A stretch of DNA of 61,669 bases, the filler included, from Nemertoderma westbladi (lineage: Eukaryota; Animalia; Xenacoelomorpha), in assembly GCA_032718475.1 (NCBI GenBank). It is 4 parts of 4 records of this genome, joined end to end, with 100 filler letters (N's around TTAATTAATTAA, not from the genome) between each part and the next. Parts side by side here need not be neighbours in the genome. Positions count along the whole stretch, not along the records: positions 46,327 to 55,839 come from JAUCBJ010003649.1; positions 55,940 to 61,669 come from JAUCBJ010004371.1; 2 more parts are not named here. One strand, given 5' to 3'. Position 1 is the first letter of the stretch. Each line of letters opens with the position of its first letter. The notes under the pieces are model-generated. The model was not told the origin of the DNA, did not search any database, and saw only the letters and a list, made by a program, of their open reading frames with translations. A program made the position numbers and the translations under genes. Shown piece by piece: positions 51,874 through 61,669 of this stretch.

Positions 51874-52151
51874 GGCCCATGTGAAGAATACCAGACTTTC
51901 TGCCGTTATATTTCACTTTGCAGTTACCCCCATGTGAAGAATACCAGGTTATCATCAAAAACACAGGTTACAGAAGGACTGAATCTAACCAAAACAATAA
52001 ACGAATTAGTATATGTACAGGTTATAAGACAGAAATAAGCGCTATAAAACACTTAATAAAGATAAATTTAAAAAAATAAAAAATCTTCATATATAAAATT
52101 CCAATAACAAGTCGACCGAAAAGTGAAATCCTGGTATTCTTCACATGGGCG
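51874..52151 (+). mobile_element. ~280-bp MITE copy A
   Basis: TIR gcccatgtgaagaataccag; 8-bp TSD ggtcattc (51866-51873, 52152-52159). Confidence 0.9.
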
Positions 52152-52378
52152 GGTCATTCTAGAATTAATTTCACTGTTGCTAGACAACCAACAGGTCCCT
52201 AGCAACCAAAACCTTGCATACACAACTAGGACCGATAATGATATAATATCTATCTTTGATGAATAATATCATCAAAGTTTCATCCAATTCCATCAAAATT
52301 AAGTGCAAGAAGTTGATTGTACAAACAAACACACAAACAAACACCCAAGCAAACAAACAAACACGCGTGAGAAATAAG

Positions 52379-52662
52379 CGCCCATGTGAAGAATACCAGG
52401 ATTTCACTTTCGCCACTTTCGGTCGACTTTTTATTGGAATTTTATATATGAAGATTTTTAATTTTTTAAATTTATCTTTATTAAGTGTTTTATAGCGCTT
52501 ATTTCTGTCTTATAACCGTACATATACTAATTTGTTTATTGTTTTGGTTAGATTCGGCCCTTCTGTAACCTGTGTTTTTGGTGAAAACCTGGTACTCTTC
52601 ACATGGGGGTAACTGCAAAGTGAAATATAACGGCAGAAAGTATGGTATTATTCACATGGGCC
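52379..52662 (-). mobile_element. MITE copy B (inverted), inserted in a HINE-like element
   Basis: 8-bp TSD gaaataag (52371-52378, 52663-52670); the empty site is seen inverted at ~61493-61515 (ggatgtccttatttctcacgcg). Confidence 0.9.
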
Positions 52663-52891
52663 GAAATAAGGACATCCGTGATGGAATGATGGAACCTTCC
52701 AATTATCAAACTCGGACATATTGGAATGTGGGAAATAGGAAAATAAAAGTTGATTAAGGTCCTATGTCAGAACAATCACGGTTTATTTTTTCAATAAACT
52801 TATTTAGGCTACCGCTACTGTAGATTAATAAATCATTTACAATAATAGCTGTGAATGTTTGTTTACATTTTGAATTATAGGAGGGCGGGGG

Positions 52892-53277
52892 GGCCCATGT
52901 GAAAAATACCATACTTTCTGCCGTTATATTTCTCTTTACAGTTACCCCCATGTGAAGAATACCAGGTTTTCTGCCGTTATATTTTACTTTGCCGTTACCC
53001 CCATGTGAAGAATACCATACTTTCTGCCGTTATATTTCACTTTGCAGTTACCCCATGTGATGAATTACCAGGTTTTCACCAAAAACACAGGTTACAGAAG
53101 GGCTGAATCTAACCAAAACAATAAACGAATTAGTATATGTACAGGTTATAAGACAGAAATAAGCGCTATAAAACACTTAATAAAGATAAATTTAAAAAAA
53201 TAAAAAACTTCATATTATATAAAATTCCAATAAAAAGTCGACCGAAAAGTGAAATCCTGGTATTCTTCACATGGGCG
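52892..53277 (+). mobile_element. MITE copy C with amplified left end, inserted in a poly-G tract
   Basis: Same sequence as copy A, with the ~55-bp left module present three times. Confidence 0.88.
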
Positions 53278-53484
53278 GGGGGGGGGGGGGGGGGGTGGAT
53301 TGCATAATTCCGAGAAAAAAATCGATTTTCATTTTCAATCCCCTCTGTCACTGTCAGTTACAAATTGTTTCGAACATTACACTACTGTATCGTGTGAAAT
53401 TTTTACAAATTTTGGTACCGGTAATATAATAAGTTTTATCATTTCTTATTTTTGTAATTTTTATGACAATTTTTAACTTTTCTA

Positions 53485-54703
53485 AACTGGTGACGATTTT
53501 TCTAAAACGCCATCTCCACTTGGTGAAAACTCAAATATGAGTTTTGCGATTGTTAGTTCTACTTGGTGGGAATTATTGATGAATTCTATTCTGAACTGGT
53601 GAAAACTCAAATATGAGTTGTAGGAGAGTTAGTTGTACCTGGTGGGAACTTTTCCTTCAATCTATTCTGACTTGGTGAAAACTCATATGAGTTACGCTAA
53701 AACCGTTCTGACTTGATTTCAACTCACATGTGGAGTTTCGGCTATACTTTTGGTTATCAGCTGCCAGGAAGATAGGCCTAGCATTGACTTTTCTGTCAAC
53801 GTCACCAGGCCCATTGTATTGGGCAGTTGATGAGCTTTACAACAGCCTAGTTGTATCGGCTCCACACGATCAGTATAGGCTAAACAACACGGTAGTAAAG
53901 CGTGGGAAAATTGTCTATTTTCAACTAATGGCCGTTTCATTGTTCTATAAGTCACTGAAACAAACTGTTAGCACCAGGTTGAAGGTAAGTTTCTCCTCTT
54001 TCAGATGATATTAACGGCCTCAGAAGTTGAAAATTACACAATTTATCGCGAATTTACTAATTCGTAGCATTTTTTTAAATAATTAGTCATATTCGATAAA
54101 ACAAAATGCCAACACTTAGATTTTTACATTCATAGAATGTTACGAATAATTTTCAAGCCATTCTTTTTATGAATTCCAAACAGACATAATTCCGCATTCA
54201 ATTCTTAAATTTACCTAAATTTTTTTGAGCTTTATAAATAAAGAAAAACTCTCACCAAGAAGGAATAGCAGAACAATATAATCGCTACCAAGTCAAGACT
54301 TTGGCTCATAAACTCATATAATGAGTTTTCACCAAGTCAACTAATTCTTCTTAAAAAAGATACACCAAGAGGGAATAGACTTGCGAGAACTCAAATATGA
54401 GTTCTCACCAAGTCAGGTACTACCATTGGAAAAATACCCACCAAGTGGAATTGGCCCCCCCAAAACTCATATGAGTTTTCACCAAAAGATACTACCATTG
54501 GAAAAATACCCACCAAGTGGAATTGGCCCCCCCAAAACTCATATGAGTTTTCACCAAAAGATACTACCATTAGAACAATTCCCACCAAGTGGAATTGGCC
54601 CCCCCAAAACTCATATATGAGTTTTCACCAAGGAAAAATTGGAACAATTCTCACCAAGTGGAATTCGCCCTCCCAAAACTCATGTATGAGATTTCGCCGG
54701 TTT
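53485..54703. mobile_element. Foldback-like element with inverted ~78-bp subterminal tandem arrays
   Basis: cttggtgaaaactcaaatatgagtt repeats at 53519-53700 and inverted aactcatatgagttttcaccaa repeats at 54250-54690. Confidence 0.65.
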
Positions 54704-55839
54704 AATTGGCAGGGTTAATTGGTTTCGACTTCACATTTCAAAAAATTTTGGCCAATTACGCAACCCCAACCGCCGCCTCAATAAATTGCATTAGGCCTAT
54801 TAAATTAAGAAAAATTCTGTAAAAATAGTCACGAAATAGCGACAGACTGGTAGTGGATATTATTATCATTACCGGTAATTTACTGGTTCAAAAAGGTACC
54901 GAAACCTCAAATATTTTCTATAGTAAGAGCATAAAGTAAAAAGTAAACCTACTCGTAACTTAGAATAAAAAAAAACAAAATACCTTCTGGCGCTAACAAT
55001 ATTTTATTGTAATACAACAACACTAACTGAAATGCACAACAACGTTTACAAACATTTAGTACCACCCACAGTGTTGTTCTAGGAAGGTAGAGATGATAGG
55101 CCTACAAAAAATATCAGTTGAGGTCAGCTGCAAATCCATTGGTAGGGCCGGCTGGGCAAGGCAAGGGCCATTGCAACTTGGCTACAATCCCATTGTTTTG
55201 CTATACAATGCCTTCTGAGCTCAGCGTCACTAATAAAACCCCAATAACCACTAAACTGTCAGCCAATCCAATATCAGCAAGTAATCAATCTTGTGAAACA
55301 TTCCCACCATACAACCTTATAGAGAGGACATCAAACTACAAAGATTGATTTGAACAGATTATAATTACCCGCAAGGCCAAGCAAGATGTACTGATTTATT
55401 TTTTTTAACTCTTGTATTAAGAAGATTATCTCAACATAATAATAGACATCAGCATTTACATAATGTAGAAAGTAATTAATATATAAGACACGCTCTGTAA
55501 AAAAAAATAAAACCCACCACCAACTGAAATAGCCTGTCGCCCGGCAACCATAAAAACATAAACAATGTTAAATGCACACACCATTGTGCTGTTTCATGTT
55601 CTGCGTCCAGATACGGCAGCCTATGCCTACCGCAGTACCGGTACAGTTTACAGCGGTGAGGGCATTCCTGCACCGTCCACAAACCCCAGACCGCTTCGCC
55701 ATTTGGTGCGGGATCCGCGCATGTACTGATTTATTGGTTATTATTACGATCTGTCTTCTTTTTATTTTTTTATTTTCTAATGTGTTTTATTAGAAAATGG
55801 GAATATTATGTTGTAACTCCACAGATAGAGCCAATGTGC

Positions 55840-55939
55840 NNNNNNNNNNNNNNNNNNNNNNNNNNNNNNNNNNNNNNNNNNNNTTAATTAATTAANNNNN
55901 NNNNNNNNNNNNNNNNNNNNNNNNNNNNNNNNNNNNNNN
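55840..55939. other. Assembly gap
   Basis: N run with TTAATTAATTAA spacer. Confidence 0.98.
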
Positions 55940-58318
55940 TGATAATAAAGTCTCAAAATCATAACAAAAAGTCCCGTGACTTTAGCTCTCTTATTTTCCA
56001 AGAATCCCGTTCAACACATGTAATCGGCAGTGAGATAGGATAATTTCAGTTCAGTAGCTCGGGATTGGTCGAAATCAGAACTAACTCAACGCAGGGCTAT
56101 GGGTAACTGGGGCAACCTTCCCAAGCCGGCTGGCCAATCGAACAGCTCAGATCCCTCCTAAAGGATTCCAACGCCTTGGAGGGGGGAACTGGTTAGCAAA
56201 GAAAACAAATCAGTCATATCCCAGAAAAACCTTTACAGTAGGTTTCAGAGTATTTTAGCGTATGGGGGAAAAACTGGGTTGCGGGGCGAAGGACCAGTTA
56301 CATCCCACAGAAGCTTTTACACTGCCAGTGAGTGAGTACCAGCACGAGCACTTACAGGTACAGCCCTACCACGAGCGTCGAGCACCCTAGTGCAATATCA
56401 GGCTAATGTCAGAATGTAAAGATGGTTCAATTCAAATATCAGGATAGAACTTATAATACTGTAATAGACTTTGTTATTGTCACATTATGTCAACTTATCA
56501 GCGTTCTGGTTAATTACTTGTAACGATGTAGCGATGTGGGAGATGTAGTGAAGCAGCATAGGCGCTTGTAAACTGGATATTTCAGTGTTGACCGAAATCG
56601 CGATTATTCTGTTATTGGAATGCCTTTATTCACCGATAAATCGACATACTGTACAATTATCACATCACGGTCTGCCCGAACCTCTCGAGTGGGTGATCGA
56701 TAACGTCTGAGGACAAGTATGATGATATTAGTCATAGTCATACTTGCAAGAATCTCGCTTAGGTCGGAACTGCCTTGGTTACGATATCTGCGTCTGTTGG
56801 AAACACAGTTCCTGCCTGAGTTTAACCACTGCTGTTGTACCACTACTGTATACTTTGAAATTTCTATAACTGCCAGATTGTTTGCAATGTTGTTTAGGTG
56901 TTCATGCGTACTTATCTTATATGTCAATATTCTATTTTATTTTACCTTAATTAACGACCCCCATGAGTGCCTTAGATCCTGGGTGTTCTTTCCCACGATC
57001 GTAATTTACTGTAGTTTTATTAAGCTATTAATCTATCTATACTGTATGTGTTTTATTATGTTTTTGTTATAGTGATTTTAATTACAAATACACTTTGCAG
57101 TATTGTGGCCTTTACATACTGTAGGTCAGAACATTGCAAATTGATCAATCATAGGTGTATGGGTTACCTTCGTATGTGGGGGGTGTCTGTAACAATATCT
57201 CTCATATTTTCGCCCCCCCCCCCCCCCCCCACAAAATGTTCTAGAATGTGGTGTATTTATTAAATAGAATGTAATTGCCTTGCGTGGGTGTACAACCATG
57301 TAACTTTATAAAGCCCATATCTCAGCTACAGTATTTTACGACGAAATTCAGATTAACTCAGATTGCGATACATATTTGGAATCCTGGCATGGCCAGCTTT
57401 CGGTCAATATCAACTAATCTCTATATGGTTGAAGAAAATAACTGCGGTGCAACTGGCGCAATATCGACGGAGACACCTTTTCAAACGCTTGTAGCTAAAG
57501 AATGAAAGCAAAAATAAAAATTCTGGCTCACCCAGCAAGGAGGAGGGAGGTGATACTATCTCTGTTTCATATTTCATGCAATCTCATTAAGATTTGTAGA
57601 ACAATTTTGGGGAGACCAGATACCTGAATAACGACAGGACACTATATTCCTGGTCGTGGTGTAGATACGTAGTCAATTTCAGCATAAAATTATTATTTTT
57701 GAAAAATGTATGAGGCCTTTAGGATGTCCGGACTATATTTTGGGGTGGGTTATACAAAAAGTAGCTGTCACAAAAACGGATTTAGAACATCCATTGGCTA
57801 TGTTTACACAAATACTCACGATTGTAGTCCTAAAGCTGATGAACATATTGGTATCTGTTTAATGAAAATTGAGTGAAAATAAAATGTAAAGAAGTAAAGT
57901 AGGAATTTACTGATAAATGTCAAAATAGACAAACTGAGAAAAGGTTTGTTTTATACAGCGAGTCATGAATATCAGCCATAAATATGTTGACGCAAATGTT
58001 ATGTGCCCTGGGGTGATTGTTTTCATTTTTCATTAGTCCTAATCGATGAAAATATTTGACATTTGTCTACAATTTTTAAAAAATTTCAATAATTTTTATT
58101 ATAGAAAAAAGCAGAAAGTAAAAACATTTTCAAAAATTTCAAATTTTGAAAAATGCCGCTTTGTCGTGTCATCCACCACATGCTGACATGAAAGCTCTTT
58201 TATCAAACTACAAAAATATAGGATTTTTTTTCTTCGTAAATTTTCGAAACTTTCACTTTTATTGATTGTCCCCTCAATGGGGAATTATAAATTCAGTGAG
58301 TTAATTGTATTTTTATAG

Positions 58319-59357
58319 ATACATGGAAGACAACCCGAACGCGGGTTTATTTTTTATCGAAGACGACGGATGCGAAGTTGAATACGACGACGACGGAAAC
58401 CCGCTGTACACGTTAAAGAAGATCATAGACCCCCTGCCTCCCATCGACCACTCAGAGATAAACTACCCGCCGTTTCGTTCCAACTTCTACGCGGAACACC
58501 CGGAAATCGCGGAACTATCCCCGGAACGCGTGGTGGAACTGCGTTCCGCGCTCAACGTCCGAGTCACCGGTACCGGATGCCCCAAACCCGTAGCCTCGTT
58601 CGCCCATCTCGGGTTCCCGGAGGAGATCCTCTCTGCGATCCGTCGCTCCGGGTTCGTTACCCCGACGCCGATCCAGTGCCAGGCCGCCCCGGTGGCGCTG
58701 AGTGGTCGAGATGTCATAGCGATCGCGCAGACCGGCGGAGGGAAGACCTTGGCCTACGTATGGCCGTTGTTGGTCCACTGCCGGGCGCAGCGGCGAGTCG
58801 TCGCCGGGGAGGGACCCATCGCGTTGGTGTTGGCGCCGACGCGTGAACTCGGGACGCAGATACACGCGGAGATACGGCGGTACTCGTCCGTGTGCGTCGG
58901 GTCCCAAGATAACGGGTCGGAACGTACCGTGTCCGACTCCGAGACGGAACGTACCGTGTCCATGTCCAACTCCGAGACGGAACGCACCCCGGCCGCGCTA
59001 CGCTGCGTCTGCGCGTACGGGGGCGGCAATAAGTACGAACAGACCCGCGCGTGCCAGGATGGCGCCGAGGTCCTTGTGGCGACTCCCGGGCGGCTTATAG
59101 ACCTAATCAAAGGGAAGGCGACTAACCTGGAGAGGGTCACCTTCTTGGTGTTCGACGAGGCCGATAGGATGTTCGACTTGGGGTTCGAGCCGCAGGTGCG
59201 TTCGATCGCGAACCACGTCCGGTCCGACCGACAGTCCTTGCTGTTCTCTGCGACCTTCCGGCGGAAGATCGAGCGAGTTTGTTCAGCGATTCTCCGGGAT
59301 CCAGTGAGGATTGTACACGGTGACGTAGCAGGGATCGCTTCCGATAACGTATTCCAG
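58319..59357 (+). CDS. DDX42: DEAD-box RNA helicase DDX42 (SF3b125), internal exon covering the N-terminal RecA domain
   Basis: DDX42 signature RYMEDNP...EYDDDGNP...KKIIDPLPPIDHSEINY; Q motif PTPIQ, AQTGGGKT, APTREL, ATPGRL, DEAD, SAT; acceptor tttttatag at 58318, donor cag|gttaat at 59358. Confidence 0.92.
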
Positions 59358-60004
59358 GTTAATAGCAATTTATGTCTTAATTTATTATTGATGAATTCGT
59401 ATTTAAATTTATTACTAAGCTTATCCCTTAGCAGAGTAAACTGCTCTTTGGGGCCGTTAGCCGTTTCCCAGGTTGTGGATAGGGATAACATTTCACACAT
59501 CGCACGATTTGTGATTTGTCTGCTTATACGAGTGTGTATTACACAGTTCAGTTTGTTTTGTTGATGCAGGTTTTGTAGTATGCAGGTAGTGCAGTTGTTA
59601 TGTTGATGCTTATTGGTTAGAATCTTCCAATCCCATCTGTTTCTTGTGAACAACTTATCCCATTAATTATTAACATAAACAGTATCACCAAGAAGAGACC
59701 TTGAAACCATAAAATCACCCTTATATCCAATGGGTGTGTTGTATTTATATTACCCTTACGTCTGACTTAGCAGACTCTCAATATAACAAGCTTGCCAGCG
59801 AGAGCTGGCAATATGGACGGATCCATTGCTATCAATATTGTTGTAATAAATTACGCGCCTTTGCAGGCAAGCTTAATAACGAAAAACGCAAAACGAAACA
59901 TTGGGCAAAGTACCGTCTGAATAACACAATTATTATTTTATTGTTTGTTGTGATGAATTACGCCCCTAAGCAGGGCAGCGTAATAAGTAATAACGTATGA
60001 GAAC

Positions 60005-61320
60005 TAGGGATGCGACAGAGCTCCGGAAATCCGGAGCTCCGAGCCAATTTTCTGGCCCCGGCTCTGGTTCCGGCTCCGGGCAAATTAACCCGGAGCCAAT
60101 CCGGAGCTTATGTTGTTTAAATTCGAATTAAATAATTAGTTTTCTGATGTATGAATAATGTAAATATCATAGTAATTAACATAATAACTCATTAAGTAAT
60201 TTCAGTTGTTTTTTTAAGTTTCCTGATAACCCCCACCCCCCTTGTGAAATTGTTTAAATGTTTGAACAAAAACATTGAAATGATTCAGTTAATTCAATTA
60301 ATATTCTTCCCTAATTAAACAATCTTAAATACATGTACGTACGTTTCGTTCGTCAGTCTAGAACCCCAATTCCACTGACCCCCCCCCCCCCCCCCCCCCC
60401 CCCATTTCCATCCCCAGCAGGCTGGTACTGTTCATTTGTATAAAATAATCAGTTTAAATACTTATTTATAATTCTAGAAGTATTTTATGTTTTAGAACTA
60501 TATGTTTACTAAATTTATGTAATAATAATTTTAATTATAAAATATTTGAGTGCGGAGATTGTATTTCAGTTCCTGATCCTCATTCAATAATGTAATCTAA
60601 ACAGTTGTGATATATCCAAATATATTATTTGAGATATCCGGTTTATGCCAGCCTACAGTACGTACGTAATGTAGGTGACGGCCTAAACATGTACCCCGTC
60701 ACTGACGGGGTACATGTTTTATCGTTTTTCAATGACAATATACTGAAAACTACATCAACTCCTGGAAATTAATGACACAATGTCCCATAAAAATAGCGTC
60801 GATGATAAGTTGACAACAAACCGAAGTTACTGATATACAGAGTTTGCGTAATGAGTGTGAACTTAAAAGTTTAAAACAATACATTATATTTTAGCCCATG
60901 GAACACCAGATAGGAGAGTCTTTGGATTGGACGAAAATGCATCCCTCTCCAGGAGAAAATCGACGCAAATGTTTGCTGATTACTCCCAAAAATAAAACTG
61001 TAACCTGTTCTATTGAATATAGTTTATTGTTTTGATAGAATAGAATAGCATGCGACTGTAAACTGCTCATTTCCCTTAATTGATAATTTAACATTGAGGC
61101 GAGATATTACGTCGCCGAGTAAGAATTTGCATCAAATCCCCCCCCCCCCCCCCCCCCCCCGTCTCATGAACGCACATCTGTCTATGTCTACCATAATAAT
61201 ACACTTTAATTTATCAACCACCAAACCTCCGGCTCCGGCTCCGTCTCCGGCCGGAGCTCACATTGTAACCCGGAGGAACCTCCGGGCTCCGGATGAAATT
61301 TTGCTCTAGTCGCATCCCTA
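60005..61320. mobile_element. Non-autonomous hAT-type element (1316 bp)
   Basis: TIRs tagggatgcgac / gtcgcatcccta; perfect 8-bp TSD atgagaac (59997-60004, 61321-61328); ccggagc/ggctcc subterminal repeats. Confidence 0.92.
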
Positions 61321-61512
61321 ATGAGAACCCAATGTTGTCTATGTGGAGCAGGCAGCTCTCTCAATTACACTGCTACTTACCTCCACACTGAAGCTCCAAT
61401 AGGATGTTGTCTTGGCAACGATATTCTGGGATTTGGCTAGCCAGTATGCTAATAGTATAATTAGTATAATATTGGACGGATCCTAGAAGTGGATGTCCTT
61501 ATTTCTCACGCG

Positions 61513-61669
61513 TGTTTGTATGTTTTTTTGTTTGTTTGTTTGTTTGTATGTTTGTTTGTTTGTTTGTTTGTTTGTTTGTTTGTTTGTTTGTTTGTTTGTT
61601 TGTTTGTTTGTTTGTTTGTTTGTTTGTTTGTTTGTTTGTTTGTTTGTTTGTTTGTTTGTTTGTTTGTTT
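61513..61669. repeat. (GTTT)n microsatellite at the start of a HINE-like element
   Basis: Near-pure gttt run to the window end, preceded by cttatttctcacgcgt shared (inverted) with 52350-52378. Confidence 0.95.

Noticed and set aside
58754-59653. 299-aa antisense ORF and other ORFs overlapping DDX42, the kinase and DOLPP1
   Set aside because: Shadow frames of GC-rich coding sequence with no recognisable motifs.

Overview
Repeat-rich eukaryotic (metazoan, probably invertebrate) scaffold window with three 100-bp assembly gaps. It holds three host genes or gene parts: an intronless DOLPP1 (minus, 20677-21399), a two-exon ROR/MuSK-like receptor tyrosine kinase (minus, 48324-51466; Ig + Frizzled CRD + TM + kinase, no kringle) and one large internal exon of DDX42 (plus, 58319-59357). 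The rest is mostly repeats: a 62/63-bp satellite interrupted by an RTE LINE, a 12.3-kb G-rich 33-bp minisatellite with higher-order repeats, 39-bp and 33-bp minisatellites, an L2/CR1-group LINE, a decayed BEL/Pao element, a pogo-like DD35D transposase pseudogene, two hAT-type non-autonomous elements with perfect 8-bp TSDs, Helentron/HINE-like elements and many nested MITEs. The most notable observations are the kringle-less ROR-like kinase with intact catalytic motifs and a C-terminal DSGxxS degron, a tandem-repeat insertion inside the DDX42 helicase core, and a strong excess of TA-palindrome-TA words that may be transposon excision footprints. I found no clearly new biological system. All family calls come from motif recognition by eye, not database searches.
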